DNA of 64,000 nucleotides from Candidatus Undinarchaeales archaeon (GTDB lineage Archaea > SpSt-1190 > JASMDC01), in contig JASMDC010000007.1 in NCBI GenBank assembly GCA_030753015.1, positions 32,001 through 96,000 on the forward strand. Reading direction: 5' to 3'. Below, one piece after another: positions 1 to 10,395 of this stretch. Every line of letters starts with the position of its first letter. Positions within the stretch are counted from its first letter, which is position 1. Below the pieces are notes generated by a model, which did no database searches, had not been told where the DNA came from, and saw only the letters and a program-made list of their open reading frames with translations. The translations under genes and the position numbers were made by a program.

Positions 1-1
1 T

Positions 2-487
2 ATCGTTGCCGAGCGTATCAGTGAACGGAACCCCGAGCTGGGGCTCGATCCGGAGCTGGTGGGATACCTGGGGTACGTCCACGACATCGGGTACGTCGCC
101 GGGCCCGAGAAGCACGAGCTCGCTTCCATCGAACTCCTCTTGGCGGAGGGTGTCGATCCAGACATAGCCAGGATGGCCATGCACGGCCAGCTGGCCGAGC
201 AGTACGGCGAGGCCGAGGGAGACGTCGACCAGTACCTACCGATAGGTCTGGAGGGCATGCTCCTCACCTACGCGGACATGTCCGTGCGCGTGGGCAGGGC
301 CATCCCCGTCCGGGAGCGCGCGGCCGAGATCGAGGACCGGGTAAACGGCCTCCCTATCCCGCAGGACATCAAGGACACCATCATCGAGAACCTCCACAAG
401 GCGATGCCGCGGTTCGAGCGGTACGAGGAGGCCATGCTGGCGCTGGCCGGTGCGGACTCGGTGGACGACTTCTACGACGAGCGTTGA
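2..487 (+). CDS. HD-domain protein, 5' end outside window
   Basis: Frame is open from base 2. Motifs VHDIG, H and YADM fit the HD hydrolase family. Confidence 0.75.
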   Translation: MVAERISERNPELGLDPELVGYLGYVHDIGYVAGPEKHELASIELLLAEGVDPDIARMAMHGQLAEQYGEAEGDVDQYLPIGLEGMLLTYADMSVRVGRAIPVRERAAEIEDRVNGLPIPQDIKDTIIENLHKAMPRFERYEEAMLALAGADSVDDFYDER

Positions 488-545
488 ACCTTACTTTCCG
501 TGGCTCCGGGCCCTACGTCCAGCAGTCCCGGCGATCTGCGGAAGG

Positions 546-1154
546 TCAGATCACGGAGAGGAGGAAGATGACGCACACGAGCCATCCGACACCTGCCGCG
601 AGGATACTTATCGACCTCTTGATGGCCGAGCAGGCCAAGATCGTAAGCGGTAGACTGAGGATCGGACCTACCACACCCACGCCGAGGCCCATGTACGCGG
701 CGTGCCTCGTCGATTCGCCTTGCACCTTCATCAGGCCCGCGAAGCTCAGGGACAGCGCCAGGAACAGACCGACCGTACTGACCCAGCGGGCGTTCTCGAA
801 GACGGCCTGATAGAACAACCGCAGACCGTCGCCGAGCTTGTCCAGGAAGAGCGCCTGCCGGATCCAGCCGATGATATCGGAGTGCAGACGTATGATGTGG
901 TAGCGATGGTCGTTGTAGGTGACGCTTCCCACGATCTCGCTCGAGTTCATCTCGATCGCCAGGTCCCTGAGCGTCCTGATTATGTACTTCGTTGCAGGCA
1001 CCTTGTACTTGTAGCTACCGACGGCACCGGAGGGGTAATAGAACTCTGACGAGCCCTCGAACTCCATGATGACCTCGGTCCCGTTCACGTCATCGGGCGG
1101 ATCGAGCGAGGAGACGATGAAGGTCTGGAACGCGTGCCTGAGAACAGATGTCAT
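546..1154 (-). CDS. hypothetical membrane protein (three C-terminal TM segments)
   Basis: 202-aa ORF with a soluble N-terminus and a hydrophobic C-terminus. No recognisable motif. Confidence 0.55.
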   Translation of the reverse strand: MTSVLRHAFQTFIVSSLDPPDDVNGTEVIMEFEGSSEFYYPSGAVGSYKYKVPATKYIIRTLRDLAIEMNSSEIVGSVTYNDHRYHIIRLHSDIIGWIRQALFLDKLGDGLRLFYQAVFENARWVSTVGLFLALSLSFAGLMKVQGESTRHAAYMGLGVGVVGPILSLPLTILACSAIKRSISILAAGVGWLVCVIFLLSVI

Positions 1155-1287
1155 CCACGCGCCTTCCTTCTTTCCGTCGCCTTATCATCCAAAGCCTGAG
1201 CTTAGCAAGATCACGCTTCATAACTTACCACAGGAAAAAAAGAGAGACTCAACATCAAGAATGTCCAACATGTGGTGAGGAACTACA

Positions 1288-2175
1288 CTAGCGCCGGTAG
1301 TACTTGTCTGCGATCGGCATGTCGTCACCCTTCCGGATGAACGTCCCCGCCCGCAGCTGGGCGAACGCCGTGTCCAGCTCCTTTTGTGTGTTCATCACGA
1401 TGGGGCCGCGCCAGGCCACCGGCTCGTCCAGGGGCGGACCGGAGGCGAGCAGGAACCTGATGCCCTCCCCGCTGGCCGTGACCTCGACCGCGCCGCCGTC
1501 ACCCAGGACGACCAGATGCTCGGTGCCGACGCGCAGCTCCTCGGGCCCGAACTGTCCACCGCCCTCGAAGACGTACGCGACGACCTTGTGACCGAGTGGG
1601 ATGGTGCGCTCGAACAGCACGCCCGGGGGTACCGTGACGTCGATGTACTCCACGGGGACGACGAGGTCCTCGACGGGGCCGCGTGTGCCTTCCACCTCTC
1701 CTGCTATGACCTTTACTGTGATGCCGTCGTCGAGTTTGACGGTGGGGATGGTCGCCGCCAGCACGTCCCGGTACCGCGGTTCCATCATCTTCTCGGCCCG
1801 CGGGAGGTTCACCCAGAGCTGGAACCCGCGCATGGTGCCCTCGTAGCGCTGGGGCATCTCCTGATGGATGATGCCGCCACCAGCGGTCATCCACTGGACG
1901 TCGCCCGATCCGATGACGCCCTCGTTCCCGATGCTGTCGCCGTGCTCGACGGCCCCCTCAAGGACATAGGTCACGGTCTCGATGCCGCGGTGGGGGTGCC
2001 AGGGGAACCCTGCCATGTAGTCGTCCGGGTCGTCGGAGCCGAAGTGGTCGAGCAGGAGGAACGGATCGACGTTGGGGACCTCGTGGAAGCCGAACACGCG
2101 CTTGAGCCGGACACCCGCGCCCTCGATGGTAGGCCTGCTCCGGGAGATGTAGGTGACGGGTCGTGGACCGCTCAT
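1288..2175 (-). CDS. pirin family protein
   Basis: DPFLLLDH, GFPWHPHRGIETVTY, QWMTAGGGIIHQE and GPIVMNT motifs. Confidence 0.95.
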   Translation of the reverse strand: MSGPRPVTYISRSRPTIEGAGVRLKRVFGFHEVPNVDPFLLLDHFGSDDPDDYMAGFPWHPHRGIETVTYVLEGAVEHGDSIGNEGVIGSGDVQWMTAGGGIIHQEMPQRYEGTMRGFQLWVNLPRAEKMMEPRYRDVLAATIPTVKLDDGITVKVIAGEVEGTRGPVEDLVVPVEYIDVTVPPGVLFERTIPLGHKVVAYVFEGGGQFGPEELRVGTEHLVVLGDGGAVEVTASGEGIRFLLASGPPLDEPVAWRGPIVMNTQKELDTAFAQLRAGTFIRKGDDMPIADKYYRR

Positions 2176-2182
2176 GGTGTCC

Positions 2183-2389
2183 TTATAGGCCGCTCGATTT
2201 TAAAATCTCTTTGACCCTGCCCACCTGGCCGTCGCGCAGGCGGACCTTGATACCGTGGGGATGAGTGGGCGAGCCTGTGAGGATGTCCTTGACCACGCCC
2301 TCGGTGAGCTTCCCGGACCGCTGGTCCTTCTTGAGCACGATCCGGACGGTGATGCCCGGGCGGATGTCCTTGCGGTGGCGTCCGTCCAT
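2183..2389 (-). CDS. YwbE (DUF2196) family protein
   Basis: IVLKKDQRSGKLTEGVVKDILT..HPHGIKVRL..GQVGRV. Start taken at ATG 2389. Confidence 0.9.
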   Translation of the reverse strand: MDGRHRKDIRPGITVRIVLKKDQRSGKLTEGVVKDILTGSPTHPHGIKVRLRDGQVGRVKEILKSSGL

Positions 2390-2462
2390 GGTGACCAGTA
2401 GGAGGCCAAAGGCATGAGTTAAAACCTTAACGCATCGATACGCTCGACAGAGGAGACGTCCC

Positions 2463-3176
2463 ATGTCCGAGCACCTCACCGTCCTTGCCATGACGGCCGC
2501 GTCCCTGGGATTCCTCCACACCCTGTTCGGTCCCGACCACTACCTGCCCTTCCTCGTGATGTCGAAGGCACGGGGCTGGTCGCGCACGCGCACGCTGGGC
2601 ATCACCGCACTCTGCGGTCTGGGGCACGTCCTCGGCTCATTGATGCTGGGCGCCGTGGGCATCGCTGCTGGCCTTGCGGTGTCGCGTATGGAGGTCCTCG
2701 AGGGCGTCAGGGGCGACCTTGCGGCATGGGCGCTCATCGCATTAGGGTTCGTCTACGCCGCGTGGGGCCTCAAGCAGGCGTTCCGCGACCGTACGCACGA
2801 GCACGCCCACGCTCACGTCGGCGGCGTGGAGCACGAGCACGTCCATACACACCACCAAGCGCACACGCATGCGCACCTGGGCACAGACGCCGCCGATGTG
2901 ACGCCGTGGGTGCTGTTCACTGTGTTCGTCCTGGGCCCGTGCGAGCCTCTCATCCCCCTCCTCATGGTGCCTGCCGCACAGCAGAGCCTGTTCGGTATCA
3001 TCGTGGTGACGGCCATATTCTCGGTGGTCACCATCATCACCATGCTCTGCACGGTATCGCTGGGCCTGGCCGGCGTGGACCGTCTCCCACTGGGCCAGCT
3101 CGAGCGCTTCGGCCACGCAATCGCAGGTACCACCATCGGCCTGTGCGGCGCGAGTATCGTGTTCCTTGGGCTGTAG
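2463..3176 (+). CDS. His-rich nickel/cobalt permease (UreH/RcnA-like)
   Basis: HTLFGPDHYLPF, central His-rich loop, GPCE motif and several TM helices. Confidence 0.8.
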   Translation: MSEHLTVLAMTAASLGFLHTLFGPDHYLPFLVMSKARGWSRTRTLGITALCGLGHVLGSLMLGAVGIAAGLAVSRMEVLEGVRGDLAAWALIALGFVYAAWGLKQAFRDRTHEHAHAHVGGVEHEHVHTHHQAHTHAHLGTDAADVTPWVLFTVFVLGPCEPLIPLLMVPAAQQSLFGIIVVTAIFSVVTIITMLCTVSLGLAGVDRLPLGQLERFGHAIAGTTIGLCGASIVFLGL

Positions 3177-3287
3177 GATCTCACGGACGGGCGCCCCTTA
3201 CCGCGTTCTGGAAGTGACAGCGACGACGGACGGCCGCCCCTTCATGACAATTTATAAACATGCGGTCATCCCCGTGCACCCATAGCG

Positions 3288-4310
3288 ATGGTGGAAGGAG
3301 AGCGGTCGGCGGACCATGACCATTCCCACGGGCATGACCATGATCACGGGCACGCCCACATCCATGGCGTGGTGGACCCGACCATCCTCACCACCGAGCG
3401 GGGCATCTGGGCAGTGAAGTGGTCGTTCGCTGGTCTCTTCGCCACGGCCCTCCTCCAGGTGGTCGTTGTCGTCCTCTCCGGGAGCGTCGCGCTGATGGCG
3501 GACACCATCCACAACATCGGCGACGCTGCCACGGCCATCCCTCTGTGGGTGGCGTTCCGGCTCCAGCAGCGGAAGCCCTCGCGTGTTTACACCTACGGGC
3601 TGGGCCGCGTGGAGGACCTGGCCGGTGTTGCCATCGTGCTCACTATTCTTGCAAGCGCCCTCATCGCCGGGTACGAGGCCGTGGACCGGCTCCTCCATCC
3701 ACAGGAGATCGCGTACCTCGGGGCCGTCGTGGTGGCCTCTGTAGTAGGGTTCATAGGCAACGAGCTGGTCGCCGTGTTCCGCATCAGGATCGGACAGGAG
3801 ATCGGCTCAGCGGCCCTTGTGGCCGACGGCCATCACGCCCGCGTGGACGGGCTGACGAGCCTTGCTGTCCTCCTCGGCGCCATCGGCGTGTGGATGGGAT
3901 ACCCCATGGCCGATCCCCTGATCGGGCTTGTCATCACCATAGCCATCCTCCGCATCGTGTGGGACTCGGGGCGAACGGTGCTCCGCCGGATGCTCGACGG
4001 CATCGATCCGGAGGTGCTCGACGAGCTGGAAGAGGTTGCGTGCCGGACCAAGGGCATCAGTGACGTGACCGAGGTCCGGGTGCGGTGGCTCGGCCACCGA
4101 CTCCTTGCCGAGATCAACATCACCGTCAACCCCGAGCTCTCCGTCAGCGATGGGCATGCCATCGCCACCGAGGTGCGCCACCGTCTTCTCCACAAGCTGC
4201 GCTACTTCTCCGACGCCACCATCCATGTGGACCCAGCTACCGCTTCAGGCGAGGTGCACCATTGCGTGGACCAGCATGAGCACGACGACCTGCCCCCGCA
4301 CGCCCACTGA
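3288..4310 (+). CDS. cation diffusion facilitator (CDF) transporter
   Basis: His-rich N-terminus, SGSVALMADTIHNIGD, YGLGRVE, HARVD and C-terminal IHVDP. Confidence 0.95.
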   Translation: MVEGERSADHDHSHGHDHDHGHAHIHGVVDPTILTTERGIWAVKWSFAGLFATALLQVVVVVLSGSVALMADTIHNIGDAATAIPLWVAFRLQQRKPSRVYTYGLGRVEDLAGVAIVLTILASALIAGYEAVDRLLHPQEIAYLGAVVVASVVGFIGNELVAVFRIRIGQEIGSAALVADGHHARVDGLTSLAVLLGAIGVWMGYPMADPLIGLVITIAILRIVWDSGRTVLRRMLDGIDPEVLDELEEVACRTKGISDVTEVRVRWLGHRLLAEINITVNPELSVSDGHAIATEVRHRLLHKLRYFSDATIHVDPATASGEVHHCVDQHEHDDLPPHAH

Positions 4311-4484
4311 GGCTGGACGGCCTTCATCCGACGCTAGTCCGCCGGCTTGTAGGCACGGACGTTGGCGCAGAGGGCGAGCTCGTGGCCCGTGCGCGCGTTG
4401 CGCATCTGCAAGATCTTCTACGACATGGACGAGATGAACACCTGCTGCAAGGGCGACTTCTAGGCCATCGCCCGATCACGTCCG

Positions 4485-4802
4485 TCACTCAGCGATCCTG
4501 TCGATCAAGTGGCGCAGCGCCAATACAGGGTGATGGAGCAGCATGCGCGGCCCCGAGTACCGCATGACCTCCCTGATCATCGATCGCTCCGGCTCACTGT
4601 AACAATGGATCGTACAATTGGCGCACGTGGGCTTTCTCTCCTTGTTCGGGCAATGGGTGAGCCGGTCGTCCGTGTAGGCAAGAAGGGAACGGCATTCATC
4701 GCACAGACTGCCCTTTGGATGATGGTTCTTCCGACAGTAGAGGACGATCATCGCTTCCACGGTCTCACCTTCTCTTCGTATCCGGGGATGTTCACAGGCC
4801 AT
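4485..4802 (-). CDS. nitrous oxide-stimulated promoter (YgbA) family protein
   Basis: MIxLYC..H, LCDEC, CP..KPTCANCTIHCY and VMRYSGPRMLLHHP. Confidence 0.9.
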   Translation of the reverse strand: MACEHPRIRREGETVEAMIVLYCRKNHHPKGSLCDECRSLLAYTDDRLTHCPNKERKPTCANCTIHCYSEPERSMIREVMRYSGPRMLLHHPVLALRHLIDRIAE

Positions 4803-4948
4803 TGGGACGCCTGCTGTGGTCGAAAGGCAGTAATAAATATCGCTCGTACTGATAATAAAATGGGATCTTGCTAAGAGGAGCAGGTTCTTTCTGCTTGTTA
4901 GCAGGTGAGTTAAAAGCCCGTCCGAGGCTTCAACAGTATCAAACTAAC

Positions 4949-6214
4949 TCACTCGTTCACGTTGAACCAGTTCTCCACCAGCGCCACATCGCCCCCCGTC
5001 TGTCCCGTCCCGTACACGACGATGCGCTCACCGTCGCGCAGCACGGCCGCCACGGGAGCGTACCCCTTTTCTGCAAGGTACGCCTCTGTAGCGTACGGCG
5101 GCTCCCACGCCTGATCGGAAACGGCCACGTGCGTCACTCCGTACTTATCGATGATCGGATCCACGTACACCTCGTCCGGCAGCCACCGCGCAGGCAACCT
5201 CCCATAATAACTCAGGGGCACCCATACGTCAGATAGTACCACTCCCGGCCGGAGATCGGCGACGACCAGTGCTGCTGCCGCCCGTGCCGGGAAGCCCGTC
5301 CCGACCATCCCCAGTGCAGCATGACCGTACCACGCCTGCAACAGGAGAGCGATGGCAATAGCTGGACGTCCGAGCCGGGAGAGCCCCCCCGAGGCGAGCA
5401 CGAGCGCCGCGGGAGCGACGACCATGAGGTAGCGCGCTTCCTTGTTGGCGTTGAGCGTCAGCAGCGCTATCACGAGCACTACGACCACCGGTACGACATC
5501 CCTGCGCCGGGTGAGGACGGCTGCGAGCACAGCGGGCCCTAGAGCGGGCGCCAGCTGCCCGACATAGAACATGACCGGCATCCGTGGCATCCTCTGTTGC
5601 TGCACGATCTTCGCGGTGACCGCATGCAGCGGATCGCCGAACCGGGAATAGTTGGCCGCAAGCCATGGCAGGAGCGCCAGGCCCACCACCAGGGCGATGA
5701 CCGGTACCGTCCGCCGTCGGCAGAGCGCCAGCAGCACCACGCCGGCAGGGTACCGGAACAGCACGGCCACCGCGCCCAGTATCACCCCCAGCCGCTCGTC
5801 GCGGTCCCATGCTGCCAGCGCGGCCGTGACCAGACCGGCCGTTGCGATATCGGCCTGCACCTGACCACCGTAGAGGAGCACCAGCGGGCACAATCCCACC
5901 AGCAGAACGGAGAGGATCGCTCCCTCGCGACCCCCCTCCCGCCGCGCCAGTACGGCAGCGGCCGCCATTGGCAGCACCAGGAGCGCCAGCGCAGATAACC
6001 TGAGCACAAGCAGGCTCCGCCCGCACACGCTCTGCACGGCCGCGAGCAGCGCGGGCATCCCCGGAGGTCGGATCCACTCGTAGTAGGCGCCCTCGCCCGC
6101 CATCATCCGGGCGTTGGAGAGGAACGCAAGCGCGTCCCACCCGGGAATAGAAGCGAAGGTCTGCGGCAGCTGGAGCAGGACCAGCAAGCCGATGAGCAGC
6201 GGGAGCGCTCTCAA
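4949..6214 (-). CDS. GT-C fold membrane glycosyltransferase (ArnT/PMT-like)
   Basis: Multi-TM protein with WD..F, RPP in the first loop and a KEARY motif. Confidence 0.75.
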   Translation of the reverse strand: MRALPLLIGLLVLLQLPQTFASIPGWDALAFLSNARMMAGEGAYYEWIRPPGMPALLAAVQSVCGRSLLVLRLSALALLVLPMAAAAVLARREGGREGAILSVLLVGLCPLVLLYGGQVQADIATAGLVTAALAAWDRDERLGVILGAVAVLFRYPAGVVLLALCRRRTVPVIALVVGLALLPWLAANYSRFGDPLHAVTAKIVQQQRMPRMPVMFYVGQLAPALGPAVLAAVLTRRRDVVPVVVVLVIALLTLNANKEARYLMVVAPAALVLASGGLSRLGRPAIAIALLLQAWYGHAALGMVGTGFPARAAAALVVADLRPGVVLSDVWVPLSYYGRLPARWLPDEVYVDPIIDKYGVTHVAVSDQAWEPPYATEAYLAEKGYAPVAAVLRDGERIVVYGTGQTGGDVALVENWFNVNE

Positions 6215-6717
6215 GCCTCTTCCAGTCCGGAGAGCAGCGTGCTCATGAACTCGGGCAGTGCCTTGACATCGGTGGCGGTGACGATGCGCTCGTCAGATTC
6301 CACCGCGAGCCCGGTGTAGTCGGCCCCGGCGTTGATGATGTCGTCCTTGATGGAGAGGAACCCGGTGATCTTCTTGTTGGTGACGATGCCTGCCGAGATG
6401 AGCACCTGTGGCCCGTGGCAGATGGCCGCGATCCGGCCGCCGTGCTCGTACACCTGTGCTACCAGCTCGAGCACTTTCTGGCTCCGGCGCAGGCGGTCGG
6501 GGGCGTACCCGCCGGGGACCACGAGCACCTGGTACTTCTTGAGCAGCGCCTCCTCCACCGTTGTGTCGGCCCTGAGGATGAGCTTGTTCTTGGACGAGAA
6601 CTCTCCGGTCCGGACGGCGACCACGTCGACATCGAACCCGGCCTCGATCAGGCGGTAGTAGGGGTAGATGAACTCGGCGGCATCGACCCCGTCGTCAAGT
6701 AGTACAGCAGCGAGCAT
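6211..6717 (-). CDS. DJ-1/PfpI family protein
   Basis: EFIYPYYRL, VPGGYAPDRLR and AICHGPQ nucleophile elbow. Confidence 0.93.
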   Translation of the reverse strand: MLAAVLLDDGVDAAEFIYPYYRLIEAGFDVDVVAVRTGEFSSKNKLILRADTTVEEALLKKYQVLVVPGGYAPDRLRRSQKVLELVAQVYEHGGRIAAICHGPQVLISAGIVTNKKITGFLSIKDDIINAGADYTGLAVESDERIVTATDVKALPEFMSTLLSGLEEA

Positions 6718-6802
6718 GATTGTTCCTCCCGGTAGAATGACCTACCTAAATCTTAAAAGACTATTCCAAGACCGGGCGGGGCCCGGGTGGTGAGGTTCTA
6801 TC

Positions 6803-8425
6803 TCACCACCACAGGACGCCGTTATCGGTCACGATGTGCCGACCGAACGTCTCGCCGGACCTGCCGAAGCTTTCGAACTCGAAAGGCCGGTCGATCTTGT
6901 CCTCGGAGATGCGGGACAGGTCGGACCGGGCAAAGCCGCCCTCGCCGACGCTCATCTCGCTCACCAGCACCTCGGGGCCGACACCGCTCACCGGTGCCCA
7001 CTGCGCGGACCACCAGCCGCCCTTGCCGCAGAAGCCCACGAAGTTGTCCTCGGTGGCGTCGTCGCCCAGGGCCTCGATCTTGCCCAGGACGTCGAGCGAG
7101 TAGCCCGACACGGCCGCGGCGTCCACGGCGTACTGGATCTCGCCGTTCTCCACCCAGTAGGCCTCGGAGGCCTTGACGGCGAACTGCCCAGTGGAGGTGT
7201 AGACGTAGCCGCCGCTGGAGCCGACGATGTACAGACCGGTGCCCAGCTGAGCCAGAAGCTCCTCGTGGGTGTTCTCCCCGTTCTCCAGGATGGTGTTGCG
7301 CATCCGGGGCATGGGATCGTAGGAGCCGTCCTGGGAGCGACCGTTGCCGGTGACGCCCATGTCGATTCCCATCCGGTTCGCGAGCTCAACGGCAGTGTGC
7401 CTGTCGGTCATGAACCCGGTCACGGCGCCATTCTCCATGATGGTCAGGTCGTTGGCCTTCATCATCTCGTTGTCGTAGTAGATGTTGCCATGGCCTCCGG
7501 GGAACTGGGCTATCTCTTTGATCGTGACGAAGTCCGGCGCGATGACCTCGCCGTACTTCTGGCCCAGACGGCCGCCTTCCAGGACGGCATCTGCCTCGGC
7601 CATGTGGCCCACCATCTCGTGGATGAACACGCCGGTGACCTTGCCGCCGAACATCACGCGCACCTTCTCGCCGTCCTTGACGGGCATCTTGTGAGCGTTG
7701 TACTGGATGCGGGCCTTGTTGAGAGCGCTGTAAGCGGTGCCCTTGAGACCGTCGAGCACCAGTTCTGCGCCGGAGGTGGTGCCGATGGAGTCGAACCCGG
7801 TGACCACCGTCTCGACCTCGTTGCCCTCCTCGTCGGTGACCTTCTTGGTCAGCTCGATCTGGACCGCCAGGTGGCCGAGCATGCGCTCCTCGCACAGGTG
7901 GTTGTTCAGGTTGTCCTGGTAGTCGTCGGTGGTCTCGGTCAGGGTGTACTGCACCTTCACGGTCTTGATGTCGGGGTTGGCGGCCTTGATCTCGTCGGCG
8001 ATCTGCTTCATGTAATCCTTGACCTGCGTCTGGTACTGGTGGGGGTCCTTCTCGAACTCAGCTGCACGGTACACGGTGCCGATGGCGGGACCACGGGCGT
8101 AGATGTTGTCGAAGAACGCGTCGTCCTTGTCACCGGTGAGCCGTCCGATGGCCGAGTTGATGCCCTTCTCCACGGTGGACGCGTCGTGGCCGTAGAGCGT
8201 CTGGTAGTTCTCGGACGTGCCCCGACCGGCGAATATCTTACCGGTGGTGGCGCTTTGCGTGGTGACATCGGGCTCGTCGAACACCGGCATACCGGCGCCG
8301 ACCGCGCTCGTGGAATAGAGTATCTTCGTCTTGTTCTCGCTCTGGCGATAGACCGACAGGAAGTTGGCGTCGAAGCCGCCCAAGTCCAGCTCGTCCATCG
8401 GTCCCGTATAAAACTCTTCAAACAT
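6803..8425 (-). CDS. tldD: TldD-like metalloprotease
   Basis: HEMVGHMAEAD zinc motif, TGNGR, PMPRMRNT and CGK. Confidence 0.85.
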   Translation of the reverse strand: MFEEFYTGPMDELDLGGFDANFLSVYRQSENKTKILYSTSAVGAGMPVFDEPDVTTQSATTGKIFAGRGTSENYQTLYGHDASTVEKGINSAIGRLTGDKDDAFFDNIYARGPAIGTVYRAAEFEKDPHQYQTQVKDYMKQIADEIKAANPDIKTVKVQYTLTETTDDYQDNLNNHLCEERMLGHLAVQIELTKKVTDEEGNEVETVVTGFDSIGTTSGAELVLDGLKGTAYSALNKARIQYNAHKMPVKDGEKVRVMFGGKVTGVFIHEMVGHMAEADAVLEGGRLGQKYGEVIAPDFVTIKEIAQFPGGHGNIYYDNEMMKANDLTIMENGAVTGFMTDRHTAVELANRMGIDMGVTGNGRSQDGSYDPMPRMRNTILENGENTHEELLAQLGTGLYIVGSSGGYVYTSTGQFAVKASEAYWVENGEIQYAVDAAAVSGYSLDVLGKIEALGDDATEDNFVGFCGKGGWWSAQWAPVSGVGPEVLVSEMSVGEGGFARSDLSRISEDKIDRPFEFESFGRSGETFGRHIVTDNGVLWW

Positions 8426-8491
8426 GTACCGTACCCCGTCAAATCCAGCAAGGGTCTACTTATTTATACCTTTTGAAAGGCCGCGGGGAAC

Positions 8492-9496
8492 GTGCGCATG
8501 TTCTTTCTCTTGTCAGGCGAGCATTATCCCCTCCCTCGTATGGAGCTCGAATCCTGCCTGGCGGCCGACGGCGTGCGCTGGCAAGAGGCCGGGTCGCTGG
8601 GCCGGGTGGCCCTGCTCGACCTCGACGGACCGCCGCCCACTCGCATGGGGCTGACGCCCGAGATCGGCGAGCTTGCGTGCACCGCCGACGACGCTGAGGG
8701 GCTGATCGCCGCCGTCACCGATTCCCCACTCGAGCTCGCAGGGAGCTTCGTGGTGCGTGCCTCCACCGTGCCCAAGGCCTTCGACTGTGGGGCCACCCGG
8801 CTCGAGCCGCGGCTGGGCGATGTCATCGGCGAGCGTACGGGAGCACCCGTCGACCTGCACGACCCGGACACCGTGCTCCGGGTGATCGCCACGCCCGAGG
8901 GTGCCGTGATGGGGCCGCGGGTACACCAGCGCGGGACGTTCGATGACCGCAAGTCCGACCGCAGACCGTACTTCCACCCGTCCAGCCTGGCCCCCAAGCT
9001 CGCCCGGGCCATGGTGAACCTCTCGGGCGCCCGGTCCCAAAAGACCCTGCTCGATCCGTTCTGCGGGACGGGGGGTATCCCCATCGAGGCCGCCATGGTC
9101 GGGTGCCGGGTGCTGGCGTCCGACATCGACCCCAAGATGGTGGCGGGCACCAAGGCCAACCTCGACCACCTGGACCTGGAGGCGTCCATGGCCACCGGCG
9201 ACGCGCGGCACGTGACCGAGTTGTTCGGCGAGGGCAGCGTGGACTGCATAGCGACCGATCCGCCCTATGGCAGGGCCGCGTCCACGTGGGGCGTCGGCCT
9301 CAAGGACCTGTTCTCCGAGGTGTTCCCGGCATTGTTCGCCGTGCTCCGGCCCGGCGGGTTGATGTGCATGGGCGCGCCGCAGCAGGTACCGCTGGAGACG
9401 CTGTGCCGTGACGTGGGGTTTAAGTATTTGCAGGGTGTCCGAATCCGCGTCCACGGGAGCCTGACCCGGCACATCTGCGTGGCGGAGCGTCCATGA
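8492..9496 (+). CDS. trm11: THUMP-domain tRNA m2G10 methyltransferase (Trm11/Trm-G10)
   Basis: LSGEH, RPYFHPSSL.PKLARAMVNL, DPFCGTGG, TDPPYGR and RVHGSLTR. Confidence 0.88.
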   Translation: MRMFFLLSGEHYPLPRMELESCLAADGVRWQEAGSLGRVALLDLDGPPPTRMGLTPEIGELACTADDAEGLIAAVTDSPLELAGSFVVRASTVPKAFDCGATRLEPRLGDVIGERTGAPVDLHDPDTVLRVIATPEGAVMGPRVHQRGTFDDRKSDRRPYFHPSSLAPKLARAMVNLSGARSQKTLLDPFCGTGGIPIEAAMVGCRVLASDIDPKMVAGTKANLDHLDLEASMATGDARHVTELFGEGSVDCIATDPPYGRAASTWGVGLKDLFSEVFPALFAVLRPGGLMCMGAPQQVPLETLCRDVGFKYLQGVRIRVHGSLTRHICVAERP

Positions 9497-10395
9497 CAAT
9501 GAAACTCACCATGCTCGGGACCGCCGCAGGTGCACCGACCCCGGAGCGGGGGCACACCGGAGTTGTCCTCTCTCACGAGGGCCGTGTGTTCCTGTTCGAT
9601 TGCGGGGAGAACGCCCAGGTCAAGCTCCAGGAGGCCGGGGCCAAGTTCATGCGCATCAACGAGGTATTCATCACCCACTTCCACGGTGACCACTTCTTCG
9701 GCCTGCCCGGGTTCCTGTTCTCCATGTCGCTGGCCGAGCGGACCAAGGGCATCGCCCTCTACGGCCCCCGTGGCGCAGCCGTGGAGTTCGACCGTGTCGC
9801 CACCATGGGCCACCAGCAGCTCAAGTACGTCATCGAGTCCCACGAGGTCCGTTCCGGCGTGGTGTATTCCACGGACAGGTTCCGTGTCGAGGCCTCTCCC
9901 GTGGAGCACGGGAACGTCCCCGCCGTCGCCTACGCGTTCATCGAGGAGGACCGGTTCAAGATCGATCGGGCCAAGGCAGCGGAGCTCGGTCTGGAGAACT
10001 CGCCACACCTCTCCCGCCTGCAGATGGGCAGGACCGTGGAGCATGACGGAGGTACCGTCGGACCCGATGACGTGGCGTCGCGCGTCGTCCCCGGGCGAAA
10101 GGTCGTCTACTCGGGCGACACCCGGCCGTGCGGTGCCGTGCGCAAGCTCGCCCAGGGCGCCGATGTCCTTGTGCATGAGTCCACCTACTCGGCAACGGAT
10201 GCGGACCGGGCCAAGGAGTTCGGCCACTCCACCACCGTGGAGGCCGCCACCGTCGCCAGAGAGGCCGGTGTCAAACGATTGATACTCACCCACATCAGCA
10301 AGCGGTACGATGATCCCGACGCCCTGCTCGCAGAGGCACGGGAGGTCTTCCCCGCAACCGACATCGCTTTCGACCTTATGTCACTGGAGGTATGA
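9493..10395 (+). CDS. rnz: ribonuclease Z
   Basis: LGT...PTPER, THFHGDH, exosite, YSGDT, HEST and THISKRY. Confidence 0.95.
   Translation: MTMKLTMLGTAAGAPTPERGHTGVVLSHEGRVFLFDCGENAQVKLQEAGAKFMRINEVFITHFHGDHFFGLPGFLFSMSLAERTKGIALYGPRGAAVEFDRVATMGHQQLKYVIESHEVRSGVVYSTDRFRVEASPVEHGNVPAVAYAFIEEDRFKIDRAKAAELGLENSPHLSRLQMGRTVEHDGGTVGPDDVASRVVPGRKVVYSGDTRPCGAVRKLAQGADVLVHESTYSATDADRAKEFGHSTTVEAATVAREAGVKRLILTHISKRYDDPDALLAEAREVFPATDIAFDLMSLEV

Noticed and set aside
4360-4462. Protein-like fragment ICKIFYDMDEMNTCCKGDF
   Set aside because: Too short, with no supportable start or family.
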